The notes beneath the pieces are model-generated. The model searched no databases, had not been told where the DNA came from, and worked only from the letters and a program-made list of their open reading frames with translations. A program made the translations under genes and the position numbers. From the NCBI GenBank assembly GCA_029933125.1, contig JAOZOU010000001.1:392702-456701 (forward strand): 64,000 bases of DNA, written 5' to 3'. Shown here in pieces: positions 19,557 through 28,898 of this stretch. Source of the DNA: a bacterium. GTDB taxonomy: Bacteria; Arandabacterota; Arandabacteria; Arandabacterales; Arandabacteraceae. The number at the start of each line of letters is the position of its first letter. The first letter of the stretch is position 1.

Positions 19557-20864
19557 CTAGGATGCTAGCTCTATCAAGCGCCTAACCGTTGTCTCATAGC
19601 TCGTTGATTCATTTATCCCCTGACGCAGGAAATTGTTGATTGCTCCAATCTTCTCAATCGCCAGATCTATTTTGGGATTGCTTCCCTTTGTATAAGCACC
19701 AATGTTGATGAGATCTTCTGAATCGCGATAGGTTGCAAGGATTTCCCTTATGCGGTTGGCTGCATTGCGATGTTCCTCCGAGACGACATCGATCATGAGA
19801 CGACTCACACTATCGAGAACATCTATTGCAGGATAGTGGTTCTGATTTGCGAGTTTGCGTGACAGCACGATGTGCCCATCGAGAATAGAGCGGACGGCAT
19901 CCGCAATGGGCTCAGTCATATCGTCACCTTCAACAAGGACGGTATAGAGACCCGTTATGCTTCCAAGCTCTGATGTGCCTGAGCGTTCGAGCAATCTTGG
20001 GAGCATAGCGAAAACACTGGGGGTATAACCCTTCGATGTTGGGGGCTCACCAATCGCAAGTCCTATTTCTCTTTGTGCCATAGCCACACGCGTTACCGAA
20101 TCCATCATGAGCATCACATCGAGCCCAAGATCTCGGAAGTATTCAGCGATAGCTGTTGCCGTCATCGCACCCTTCACCCTTATGAGGGAAGCCTCATCTG
20201 AGGTGACCGCAACTACTACCGATCTCGCAATCCCTTCCTTAAGATCCTTGTCAAGAAAATCACGCACCTCTCGACCTCGTTCACCAACAAGAGCAATGAC
20301 ATTGACATCAGCCTCGCTATTCCTTGCGATCATTCCAAGAAGAACGCTTTTGCCAACACCACTGCCAGAGAAGATGCCAACACGCTGCCCTTTACCGCAG
20401 GTTAGCATCCCATCAACAGCTCTTATGCCGGTGGCAAGAGGCTGAGTGATGCGCTTGCGGCGTAGTGGATCTGGTGCGGAATGAGATACGCTGCGCTTGG
20501 CTGGTGCATTTATGGGCCCTTTACCATCAATTGGTCTTCCAAGTCCATCGACAACACGCCCCAGTAGCTCATGTCCAACATTTATTACAAAAGGCTCTCG
20601 GGTTGCGGTTACTCGACTTCCAGGGGCTATCCCGGCAACATCGCCAAGAGGCATGAGCAGAACCTTGTCATCTCTGAAGCCCACTACTTCACAGGGAACA
20701 GCCCTGTCTCCACTCTGATTTTCAATAATGCAATTTTCACCGATGGAGACCGGCGGACCGTCAGCTTCGATAACGAGTCCAATCACCTGGCACACCCTTC
20801 CACAGAGTGTGATGGGATCAAGGGTATCGACAATCGCCATATACTTTTCAGGATCTATCTTCAT
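19557..20864 (-). CDS. fliI: Flagellum-specific ATPase FliI.
   Basis: The Walker A motif GIFSGSGVGKS and an F1-ATPase-like fold are present in a 435-aa product. Confidence 0.95.
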   Translation of the reverse strand: MKIDPEKYMAIVDTLDPITLCGRVCQVIGLVIEADGPPVSIGENCIIENQSGDRAVPCEVVGFRDDKVLLMPLGDVAGIAPGSRVTATREPFVINVGHELLGRVVDGLGRPIDGKGPINAPAKRSVSHSAPDPLRRKRITQPLATGIRAVDGMLTCGKGQRVGIFSGSGVGKSVLLGMIARNSEADVNVIALVGERGREVRDFLDKDLKEGIARSVVVAVTSDEASLIRVKGAMTATAIAEYFRDLGLDVMLMMDSVTRVAMAQREIGLAIGEPPTSKGYTPSVFAMLPRLLERSGTSELGSITGLYTVLVEGDDMTEPIADAVRSILDGHIVLSRKLANQNHYPAIDVLDSVSRLMIDVVSEEHRNAANRIREILATYRDSEDLINIGAYTKGSNPKIDLAIEKIGAINNFLRQGINESTSYETTVRRLIELAS

Positions 20865-21499
20865 TTTGCTGCTCCCAACAGAGCCTTCTCGATTACATCA
20901 ATCTGACTATCTATCTGCGCATCAACACTTCCTGTCTCACCCTCAACAAGACAGCCGCCTCGCTTTATACGCTTGTCAGGTTTGATCTCAACACCCTCAT
21001 TGCTTGTGAGCCAGCCGTTTTCATGCTTTCGCAGAATTTCGAAATCGAGGTCACTCACCCTTATCACCATGCGCTGCCTCTCAGCCAGATGGTTTACGGC
21101 GTTCTTGACTACCTCACCTATGAGGCTTTCCTCAACCTCAGCAACCTTGCCAACAATCCTTCTCGCAATCTGACAGGAAAGCTTAAGTACTGCTTCTTCG
21201 GATTCCTTCAAGAGTCGTTTCCTTTGAGAAACGAGATCGTCAACCATCGACTTGAATGCCTCTATTTGCTCTTTAATCTCGCCCTCAGTAGCCTTTGCGC
21301 AGGCAGCATAGCCATCTTCATAGCCCTTGCGGTAAATCTGCGACATGGCGGATTCGGTTTGCTCATCATCGGTCTCGCCGAGTTGCTCCTCATGAGCAAT
21401 TGCTTCTTCAGCCTTGACGGGATAAGACTCCTTAGGTGTCGGCACACGTCTTATGAGCCTAAACGATAAGGTCATCTGAGGCTCCTCCACGTCCTGCAA
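20861..21499 (-). CDS. fliH: Flagellar assembly protein FliH.
   Basis: The 212-aa product has the central YEDGYAAC-type FliH region and lies between fliG and fliI. Confidence 0.7.
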   Translation of the reverse strand: MQDVEEPQMTLSFRLIRRVPTPKESYPVKAEEAIAHEEQLGETDDEQTESAMSQIYRKGYEDGYAACAKATEGEIKEQIEAFKSMVDDLVSQRKRLLKESEEAVLKLSCQIARRIVGKVAEVEESLIGEVVKNAVNHLAERQRMVIRVSDLDFEILRKHENGWLTSNEGVEIKPDKRIKRGGCLVEGETGSVDAQIDSQIDVIEKALLGAAK

Positions 21500-22490
21500 T
21501 AACTATTTCACCTGAATCCTCAAGATTTCTTATGACCTCTATGATTGCTTGCTGAGCAGCTTCGACTTCGCTTACACGCTTGGGTCCCATGTAGTCGATC
21601 TCTTCCTGAATCATCGCTGCTGCGCGTTCAGAGATGTTCTTGAATATCTTTTCCTTTATCTTCTCGTCTGCTCCCTTCAGAGCAACTGCAAGGTTCTTGC
21701 TGTCAACTTCACGGAGCACACGCTGCATCGAGCGATCGTCAAGCAGGAGAATGTCATCGAAGACAAACATGAGTTTCCTGACCTGGCCAGCAACCTCACC
21801 ATCCTTCTCCTCAATCGCGCTCAGGATCTCATCCTCAAGTGTCCTCTCTCCTTGATTGAGAATGTCAGCAAGCGTCTTGACGCCACCCGCTACAGTCTTC
21901 TGACCACCACCTACGCCCTCGAGCTGACTCGCAAGGATACGGTTTATTTCGTGGGTAGCGTCAGGTGATATGGCATCCATAGTAGCGATCCGTAGAGCAA
22001 CCTCACCCTTTAAGCCCTCAGGCAAGGCTGCAAGAACTCTGGCAGCGAAGTCTGGCTCAAACTGAGCAACTATGAGTGCAATTGTTTGAGGATGTTCATT
22101 CTTGAGAAACTCAGCAACTGTTGGCGGACTCATCTCTTCGAGCTTGCTTATAGCTCCGGTAGTCTTCTGGCGCTTTATCCTGCCAACGATTTCGGAGGCT
22201 TTGGCTTTCCCAAGAGCTGCTTCAAGAATTTCAGCAACCTTCTCCTCACCGCCACCAGCCACCCGTGCTCCTGAAGCCATCGCACCGGTGAATTCGGCAA
22301 GAATCTGCTCCTGAAGCTCCTTTGAAACAGGTCCAAGATTTGCCATTTCCATAGCGATCTTCTCAATGTCACTTTCCTTGAGATTCTTGATGATCTTAGC
22401 CGCAGCTTCCTTGCCGAGTGTAAGCAGCACTACCGCTGCCTTTTTCGCACCCGAGAGTTCCTCCCTGGTCGCCACCTGTGCCAAGATCAC
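21459..22490 (-). CDS. fliG: Flagellar motor switch protein FliG.
   Basis: The C-terminal torque-generating domain is present (FVFDDILLLDDRSMQRVLREVD...KIFKNISERAAAMIQEEIDYMGPKRVSEVEAAQQ). Confidence 0.9.
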   Translation of the reverse strand: MILAQVATREELSGAKKAAVVLLTLGKEAAAKIIKNLKESDIEKIAMEMANLGPVSKELQEQILAEFTGAMASGARVAGGGEEKVAEILEAALGKAKASEIVGRIKRQKTTGAISKLEEMSPPTVAEFLKNEHPQTIALIVAQFEPDFAARVLAALPEGLKGEVALRIATMDAISPDATHEINRILASQLEGVGGGQKTVAGGVKTLADILNQGERTLEDEILSAIEEKDGEVAGQVRKLMFVFDDILLLDDRSMQRVLREVDSKNLAVALKGADEKIKEKIFKNISERAAAMIQEEIDYMGPKRVSEVEAAQQAIIEVIRNLEDSGEIVIAGRGGASDDLIV

Positions 22491-23998
22491 TTACCTCCTT
22501 CTACCATTGAGCTGATGACACCTGCCGCTTGATCGGGATTGCGTTCAGCGAGTCTGGCGATCTGGGCGGCAATTCGAGTTGCTTCGACATCACCGGCTTC
22601 ACTCACGCCTTTGCGACTTTCACCGCCTACAGTTAGATTGACTGAGGAGTACGAGGCGGCACCGATGATGCCAGCAACCTTTTTGATCATCTTGAGAATC
22701 ATGATGAGCGCGAAGACAAGCCCAGCAAGATAAGCACCTTTGCGGGCAATTGACAGATAGAATTGCATCCTGAGCATCTTCTCCATCCCTTGCTCTTCAT
22801 CTGCCAGATAGCTCCTGTCAAAGGCGATGCTCGCTATTTCAAAATAGTCATTACGCATATCATCAAAGCCAACAGCGCTCTTTACGATGCTTGCGATCTT
22901 GGCAAGCTCCTCATCGGAGCGCGGCACAAAGCGCTTGGTTGCATTCTCACCTTCACCTTCGGTCTCATACTTCCCATCAACCATGACAGCAACTGAAAGC
23001 CGCTCGATGTTGCCAACCTCACCAGCGATGTTTTCGATTGTCTTGTCGAATTCATAATTGGTGACAGATGATTCACTTGTTCCTCCGGCACCACCATCAC
23101 TGCTTTCAGTGCGTTCCTCACTTATCACAACCCCGCTTTCGGGGTCATTGCGCTGAATTGTTCTCTCAATCCTTTCGAGATTGAGCTCAGCTGCAACACG
23201 GACGATGCTCTTTCCGGGTCCGAGCACACCATCAAGAAGGGTTTGGGCTTTGCCCTCAAGATATGCTTCGACTTGCTGTTTGAGCTCGAGTGCATCGCCC
23301 GGCTGACCCTGGCCATTGAAGAAACCCTTCGAGAGCAAGGTACCTTTAGAATCGAGGATCGTCACACGCTCTGGATCAAGTCCCTCAACAGCGCTTGCTA
23401 CCAGATAGGCTATTCCCTCGACGTGCTTGCGTGAGAGACTGCTTGCGGGATTTGTTTTGAGCACAACCGAGGCTGTGGCTGCCTGCTGATCCTCCTTGAA
23501 GAGGGATTTCTCAGGTACCACGATGTGCACCCTTACGCCTTCGACCTCATCCATCTGCATTATCGTCTTAGCAAGCTCACCTTCGAGAGCACGCCTGTAG
23601 TTTACCTTTTGAAGAAACTCCGTCATTCCGAAGACAGTCTTATCGAAGATCTCAAAACCTACCGTTCCACTCCTGGGATAGCCTTCGCTCGCTAGCTCTA
23701 TACGTGCGTCATAGACCTTACTGCTGGGAACAAGGATTGTTCCCCCTCCGCCCGCGAGGCGATAGGGTATGTTACGTTGCTCAAGCTTCTCAACGATCTG
23801 GCCTGCCTCCTCAGGTGCTAGGCCAGAATAGAGAACAGAATAGCCAGCACGAGAGATCACCCATGCCCCAACCACCACAGCAATGATTACGGCTGCAATC
23901 GTGCCTCCGACCATGATCCTTTGGCCAGGTGTTAAGTTTTTCCAAACCGAAAAGACCCGAGGAGTTTGACCTTGTTCTGCCATGCTATCCCCCGTCAC
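22487..23998 (-). CDS. fliF: Flagellar MS-ring protein FliF.
   Basis: The 503-aa product has an N-terminal transmembrane helix, the YP domain motif (LYSGLAPEEAGQIVEKLEQRNIPYRL) and a C-terminal transmembrane helix. Confidence 0.9.
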   Translation of the reverse strand: MTGDSMAEQGQTPRVFSVWKNLTPGQRIMVGGTIAAVIIAVVVGAWVISRAGYSVLYSGLAPEEAGQIVEKLEQRNIPYRLAGGGGTILVPSSKVYDARIELASEGYPRSGTVGFEIFDKTVFGMTEFLQKVNYRRALEGELAKTIMQMDEVEGVRVHIVVPEKSLFKEDQQAATASVVLKTNPASSLSRKHVEGIAYLVASAVEGLDPERVTILDSKGTLLSKGFFNGQGQPGDALELKQQVEAYLEGKAQTLLDGVLGPGKSIVRVAAELNLERIERTIQRNDPESGVVISEERTESSDGGAGGTSESSVTNYEFDKTIENIAGEVGNIERLSVAVMVDGKYETEGEGENATKRFVPRSDEELAKIASIVKSAVGFDDMRNDYFEIASIAFDRSYLADEEQGMEKMLRMQFYLSIARKGAYLAGLVFALIMILKMIKKVAGIIGAASYSSVNLTVGGESRKGVSEAGDVEATRIAAQIARLAERNPDQAAGVISSMVEGGK

Positions 23999-24018
23999 TT
24001 GAGATCAATTTCCGTTAA

Positions 24019-24327
24019 CTAAACCGTGATTCTTGAAAGCTCATGATAGGTTTCGAGAATCCCATTCCTTATCTGGACAAGCAATTCGATCGCCAGATTT
24101 GCCTTGTTCACAGCCATGATGACGTCATGGACATCATTTATGTTGCCCGATGCAAAGTCCTCTATTGCCCTGTTAGCATCTCCTTCAGCCTGAACAGCCT
24201 CTTCGAGCACCCCTTTGATTATCTTTGTAAAAGATTGAGCCTTACCTGGTTCAGCCTGTGGCACCTCAGGTTTGGGCTTGAAAATGTCAGGATGCTGAAT
24301 GATGCGGTCGATGCGTATATCCGACAT
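24019..24327 (-). CDS. fliE: Flagellar hook-basal body protein FliE.
   Basis: The product is about 102 aa from the internal Met MSDIRID, with the conserved C-terminus DVHDVIMAVNKANLAIELLVQIRNGIL. Confidence 0.8.
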   Translation of the reverse strand: MSDIRIDRIIQHPDIFKPKPEVPQAEPGKAQSFTKIIKGVLEEAVQAEGDANRAIEDFASGNINDVHDVIMAVNKANLAIELLVQIRNGILETYHELSRITV

Positions 24328-24337
24328 CCTTACCCTC

Positions 24338-24841
24338 CTATATCTCGAGTGCCTTCTCCACCATAGACTTAAAGGCATCCATGGCAGCAATGTTGGCTTC
24401 GTAGGCTCGAGTTGCTGCCATCATGTCAACCATCTCCTCAACGGGATTGATATCCGGGTAAGCCACATACCCATCGCTATTGGCATCAGGATGACTTGGA
24501 TCATAGACGTACTTGACACGGTCAGGTGGAGCTTCGACAACCTCAGCCTCAATTGTCGGTTCCTCGCTCTCAACAGCTCTTGAGACATCCCTGCTCATGT
24601 GCCTTATGTGCTGAGGAGATGTGATCCTGAGAGCAAGCCGTGGAGAACTCGCTTTCACCCTATGAGTCCTCGTTTGCGTCTTTTCACGAACCCGTATTGT
24701 CTTCTTGCGGTACGGAAGCCCATCCTTGGCTCGAGTTGTCTCAGCATTTGCAATATTTGAAGCAATTGCTTCCATCTTTTTGCGTTGTGCTGCAAGTCCA
24801 CTGCCTATCGTCCTCATGATTCCAAACAAGAGGTCCGACAT
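24338..24841 (-). CDS. flgC: Flagellar basal-body rod protein FlgC.
   Basis: The N-terminal motif LAAQRKKMEAIASNIANAETTR and the C-terminal motif VDMMAATRAYEANIAAMDAFKSM are both present. Confidence 0.9.
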   Translation of the reverse strand: MSDLLFGIMRTIGSGLAAQRKKMEAIASNIANAETTRAKDGLPYRKKTIRVREKTQTRTHRVKASSPRLALRITSPQHIRHMSRDVSRAVESEEPTIEAEVVEAPPDRVKYVYDPSHPDANSDGYVAYPDINPVEEMVDMMAATRAYEANIAAMDAFKSMVEKALEI

Positions 24842-24857
24842 CAGCTAATCCTCCTCA

Positions 24858-25259
24858 TCAAGGCTTTCCGGTTATGGCTGTTCTTAAAGTTGCGAGTCTT
24901 CGTGACATGAGCTTGGCAACGGTCTCGTAGGCAAGCTGTGCATCAGCGAGTTCAGCAGCACTTCTTTCAAGCTGATATGTCTCATCCCCTCCAGCCTCAT
25001 AATCGATAACTTCTCTGATCTGCCCCTCGCTTCGCGAAGTCTTGAGAGATCCAAGGTGGCGAGGATTGGTTTGCTTGAGCTCGACCTTGCCTAGTGCCCT
25101 GTTGAGCTCGCCTGTGAACTCAACTCTGCGAGGTATATATTCGTCACTCCCTGCATTCGCCAGGTTGCGGGCAGCAACTTTCTGCCTTGCTGCCTGTACA
25201 TCCAGCAAATGCCTAAGCAGGTCAACCGTGTTCTCGTTGTTTATGCCAATTCCGCTCAC
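24858..25259 (-). CDS. flgB: Flagellar basal-body rod protein FlgB.
   Basis: The N-terminal rod motif is present (AARQKVAARNLANAGSDEY). It uses a GTG start after a GAGGAGGAG ribosome-binding site. Confidence 0.85.
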   Translation of the reverse strand: MSGIGINNENTVDLLRHLLDVQAARQKVAARNLANAGSDEYIPRRVEFTGELNRALGKVELKQTNPRHLGSLKTSRSEGQIREVIDYEAGGDETYQLERSAAELADAQLAYETVAKLMSRRLATLRTAITGKP

Positions 25260-25303
25260 GACTCCTCCTCAACATATTCACATTCCAGCGCTTTTAGCCT
25301 ATG

Positions 25304-25319
25304 AGCAAGTTCTGCGCCA
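25304..25319 (-). promoter_or_regulatory. Predicted sigma-54 (-24/-12) promoter upstream of flgB.
   Basis: The minus strand reads TGGCGCAGAACTTGCT, giving GG-N10-GC about 45 nt upstream of the flgB start. A sigma-54-dependent activator gene lies immediately upstream. Confidence 0.5.
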
Positions 25320-25376
25320 GAGAGACACCCTTGATCTTCATACACATAATTTCTTGGAAACAAAGAAGTTACCTTT

Positions 25377-26777
25377 CTAAGGAACCGTCACGGTTCGCTT
25401 CTGGTGCGGAAGCGGGTGGGACATTTCTTCCGCACCCTGAGAAATGTCTTCCTCTCGATAGGCTTTGAGCTTGTTGCGAAGTGTTCGCGTGGATATGCCC
25501 AGCTTCCTGGCTGCCTTAGTGCGATTCCAACCGACTGCCTCCAGCGTCTTGAGAACCATCATCTTTTCCATCTCACGCAGACTCGTTCCTGGATCAAGAT
25601 TGAGAGCATCTTTCCTTATGTGAGTAATTGGCGGAATTATGTCACCTCGAGTGATCACATCGCCGCGCGTGACAATCATCGCTCTTTCAATACAATTCTC
25701 AAGCTCGCGCACATTCCCGGGCCAGTTGTGCTCCATAAGGAGCTCAAGAGCATCTTGAGCTATCCCCTTTACACGACCATTGCACAGTGGACGATAGCGC
25801 CGTATGAAGTGTTCGACGAGCTCAGGAATGTCCTCACGCCTCTCCCTGAGAGGAGGAAGATCTATTGGAAAAACGTTGAGTCGATAGAAGAGATCCTCCC
25901 TGAAGCGTCCAGCCTTCATCTCCTCAGCCAGACATTTGTTGGTAGTTGCAATCACTCGCACATCCACTTTGCGAGTTTCATGAGCTCCAATTCTTTCAAA
26001 TTCCTTCTCCTGAAGCACCCTCAGCACTTTTGCCTGCGTCTGGACACCTATCTCGCCGATCTCATCGAGAAGAATCGTTCCCCCATCGGCGAGTTCAAAT
26101 TTACCCCTGCGAGTGCGCAAGGCGCCAGTGAAGGCACCCCTTTCGTGTCCGAAGAGCTCACTTTCGATCAAACCATCCGGCAGGGCTGCACAATTCAGCC
26201 TGATGAAGGGTTTGTCAGCACGCTTGCTGAGCCGCTGAATCTCCCTGGCAACAAGCTCTTTACCTGTTCCTGTCTCCCCTGTGATTAGTACAGTCGACGA
26301 TGTAGGAGCTACTATCTGGATCATCTCGAGAACCTCTAGCATCTTCGGGCTCGAGCCGACAATTTGGATAGAGGCATCACTTCGCGGACCCTTCTCAAGT
26401 CTCTCATCAAGGGCTTTCTCAACGAGAGATTCTATCTGGCTGGCATCAAATGGCTTTATGATGTAGTCGAAAGCCCCAAGCTTCATAGCCTCCACAGCGC
26501 CATCAATTGTGCCATAGGCAGTCATCATGATAAGTGGAGTCCTCGGATGCTCACTCATGAGAGCCTTAAGTACTTCGATGCCATCACAATCAGGTAGTCT
26601 GCGGTCCACAAGAACAACATCATAGCGATGCTTGTGAATCATCTGCGTAGCGGTTTTTCCGTCAAATACCTGGTCAACATGGTAGCCCTTGCGCACAAAT
26701 ATCTCTTTGAGAAAGTCGTTAATCAGCTTTTCGTCGTCCGCTATGAGCATCCTTTTGGCTTCGCATCGCTCCTTCAT
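25377..26777 (-). CDS. Sigma-54-dependent response regulator (REC + AAA+ sigma-54 activator + Fis HTH), FlrC/FleR-like.
   Basis: It has a REC domain (MLIADDEKL...DVVLVDRRLPDCDGIEV), the GAFTGA motif within GETGTGKELVAREIQ...ESELFGHERGAFTGA, and a C-terminal helix-turn-helix (RTKAARKLGISTRTLRNKLK). Confidence 0.85.
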   Translation of the reverse strand: MKERCEAKRMLIADDEKLINDFLKEIFVRKGYHVDQVFDGKTATQMIHKHRYDVVLVDRRLPDCDGIEVLKALMSEHPRTPLIMMTAYGTIDGAVEAMKLGAFDYIIKPFDASQIESLVEKALDERLEKGPRSDASIQIVGSSPKMLEVLEMIQIVAPTSSTVLITGETGTGKELVAREIQRLSKRADKPFIRLNCAALPDGLIESELFGHERGAFTGALRTRRGKFELADGGTILLDEIGEIGVQTQAKVLRVLQEKEFERIGAHETRKVDVRVIATTNKCLAEEMKAGRFREDLFYRLNVFPIDLPPLRERREDIPELVEHFIRRYRPLCNGRVKGIAQDALELLMEHNWPGNVRELENCIERAMIVTRGDVITRGDIIPPITHIRKDALNLDPGTSLREMEKMMVLKTLEAVGWNRTKAARKLGISTRTLRNKLKAYREEDISQGAEEMSHPLPHQKRTVTVP

Positions 26778-26807
26778 ATCAGCCCCTCCACTTTAGGCTC
26801 TCTAATC

Positions 26808-28091
26808 TCATCTCCTTGGAATAAGTAGAATGAACTTGCTACCACCCTTGTCCTGTCTTTCATAGCGAACCTCGCCACCGTGAAGGGTGACAGCTCGCTG
26901 AACAGCTGAAAGTCCAAGCCCCATTCCACTGGACTTGGTCGTGAAGAAGGGAGTAAAGACATCCTTGATGATCTCATCAGGAATGCCAGGACCCGTATCG
27001 CAAACCTCTATGCAAACATAATCACGCAAAGATTTTTCGCTATCGCCGCGATTTGATCTGCTTCTGTAGCTTGAAGTGCCTACCTTAACCGAGATCTTGC
27101 CCTCATTGCCGACGGCTTCAAGAGAGTTTCTCAGAAGGTTCACGAGAGCTTGCCTCATGCGTGCCCTATCGACCCTGCACAACAGGCTGGTGTCAGAAGC
27201 AAGAACCTCAAAACTTACATTTCTGTCCTCACCCCGAGCTGCCATCTCAAACATCTCAACTATCCGCCTTACCTCATCAAGCAGATCGATGTGCTCAAGC
27301 TTGAGTGAGATATCGCATCCCGCATCAAGGAGATCTCTTACTATTCCCTCCAGGGTAGCGATTCCCTCGCTGAGACGCTTTACGAGCCTGGTTGCCCCAG
27401 GATTGTCAACGAGATCTCTTTCTAGGAGATTGGCAAAACCCTTTATTCCGCCAAGTGGATTGCGGATTTCGTGAGCTATCGTAGCTGCCACCTCCCCCAT
27501 GGCAGCCAGCTTTCGCATCCTTTCAAGCTCCTCCTCAAGAAGCTTCATCCTCCGAAGATCGTTTAAGATTTCAATCGCACCAGCTAGAGTTCCGTCAGCA
27601 TCAACAATTAGGGAAGTACTGAAACTGACAGGGACACTTTCCCCATCCCGAGTAAGAATTGTCTTCTCCTCCTGATCAATCGGATAGCCAGAAGCCAGCG
27701 TGTAAAGTGGGGTTTGCCTTACTGGAACGTCCCTACCGATTGTTTGGCAGTAGTGCTCCCCAAGTATGCTTTCACAAGAGTAACCCGTAAGTATCTCAGT
27801 AGCTTTGTTGATGACGGCAATGCGACCTCGGGTATCGACTGCAACAACACCGGAAGGTATGGCAGTTAGAACATTTTCCAAGAAGACAGACGTTTCGGCA
27901 TAACGGCGGAGTGCAGCGGCAAGCCGCTTGTTTGTCACCTCAAGATCGCTGTTTATACCCTGTACTGAAGCCTGAAGCTTGCTGCATGCCCCACGCAGCT
28001 CGTCTATTGCCTCTTTGAGATTTCCTACGGGAATGGCAACTGATGCGGCCTCAGAAACTTGCTCTTTCACCTTTGTCGTTGAAGATGTCAT
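26808..28091 (-). CDS. Cytoplasmic PAS-domain sensor histidine kinase, FlrB/FleS-like.
   Basis: It has a PAS segment, the HisKA H-box (AATIAHEIRNPLGGI) and the HATPase_c G-boxes (DTGPGIPDEI, GMGLGLSAV). It sits directly upstream of the sigma-54 response regulator. Confidence 0.85.
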   Translation of the reverse strand: MTSSTTKVKEQVSEAASVAIPVGNLKEAIDELRGACSKLQASVQGINSDLEVTNKRLAAALRRYAETSVFLENVLTAIPSGVVAVDTRGRIAVINKATEILTGYSCESILGEHYCQTIGRDVPVRQTPLYTLASGYPIDQEEKTILTRDGESVPVSFSTSLIVDADGTLAGAIEILNDLRRMKLLEEELERMRKLAAMGEVAATIAHEIRNPLGGIKGFANLLERDLVDNPGATRLVKRLSEGIATLEGIVRDLLDAGCDISLKLEHIDLLDEVRRIVEMFEMAARGEDRNVSFEVLASDTSLLCRVDRARMRQALVNLLRNSLEAVGNEGKISVKVGTSSYRSRSNRGDSEKSLRDYVCIEVCDTGPGIPDEIIKDVFTPFFTTKSSGMGLGLSAVQRAVTLHGGEVRYERQDKGGSKFILLIPRR

Positions 28092-28094
28092 GAT

Positions 28095-28454
28095 TTAGAC
28101 CATCCTCCCTGATATGGGAATGCCCTTCGAACAAAGCAGGCACTCAAGTTTTGTTTCAGCCTCTATGAGCTGGCGAAGTTCCATCATGAGCTCGCCAAAG
28201 CTCATCTTGAGATCTTCGGGAATGCTTATGCTCGGCCGACCCGCTTGATCAATGCGGAGTTCGGACGTGATCGTGCTTGAGAGCTGCCTCAAGCTATCAA
28301 CGCGCTCCTTCTTGGCTTCGAGAATCGATACAACCTCATCTATAGCTGCACCCTCATTGAGTCTCCCATCAAGATGGCGCGTTAGACCATGCAGTTCACT
28401 TACAATGTCATGTGCAGTCTCGATCATGAGTTTTATATCCTCAACTGAAGTCAC
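28095..28454 (-). CDS. Hypothetical helical protein of 119 aa, the second gene of the operon headed by the 79-aa ORF upstream of the kinase.
   Basis: It is tightly packed upstream of the kinase on the same strand and starts with GTG. No family is recognised, so a flagellar chaperone or regulator is only a guess. Confidence 0.3.
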   Translation of the reverse strand: MTSVEDIKLMIETAHDIVSELHGLTRHLDGRLNEGAAIDEVVSILEAKKERVDSLRQLSSTITSELRIDQAGRPSISIPEDLKMSFGELMMELRQLIEAETKLECLLCSKGIPISGRMV

Positions 28455-28462
28455 TTTCCCTA

Positions 28463-28699
28463 TCTCACAGCTGTTCTCGTATCCCTATGTATGCGACTTA
28501 GCCTTCTTACGATAGTCTCCCCAGGAGTTGGGAATCCTTTTGTAAAATCTGGAATTTTTTGCCCACCCGAGCTTGGCTTCCTTAGAGGCGGCAATTCTTG
28601 CCGCATCAACTCATCGCTTGTCATATGTTGTGGGCTTTCCTCTTGCTTAGCTAACCGTAGGCGATTTCGTGCACGCATTACGCTTTTGGAAATCGACAT
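28463..28699 (-). CDS. Hypothetical basic protein of 79 aa.
   Basis: This is the first ORF on the minus-strand run, in a different frame from the 119-aa ORF. It could be spurious. Confidence 0.2.
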
Positions 28700-28846
28700 A
28701 TTGTTGCCTGAAGTTTAGCTTTTTTGGCAGGAGCCTGAAAGAAAGAGCTCAAATAGGCACATTTTTCCGCTGTGGTGGTTGCAGTCAAAGGGGGAAATTC
28801 TTGCCTGTTAGTATCTTGACCCCAGATGCCAAAGCAGATCAGGTCT

Positions 28847-28875
28847 TTCGCATCGCAAATACTTTTTGCTATATT
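28847..28875 (+). promoter_or_regulatory. Predicted sigma-70-type promoter for the metallophosphoesterase gene.
   Basis: TTCGCA (-35), a 17-nt spacer and TATATT (-10) are followed by a GAAGGAG ribosome-binding site and a GTG start at 28899. Confidence 0.35.
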
Positions 28876-28898
28876 AAGAATATGCGAAGGAGTATGAG

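Noticed and set aside
28095-28699. I considered whether the 79-aa and 119-aa minus-strand ORFs were a second UGA-interrupted selenoprotein, like the peroxiredoxin.
   Set aside because: The upstream ORF ends in TAG, not TGA. The two ORFs are in different reading frames, and the downstream frame has an upstream in-frame TAG.
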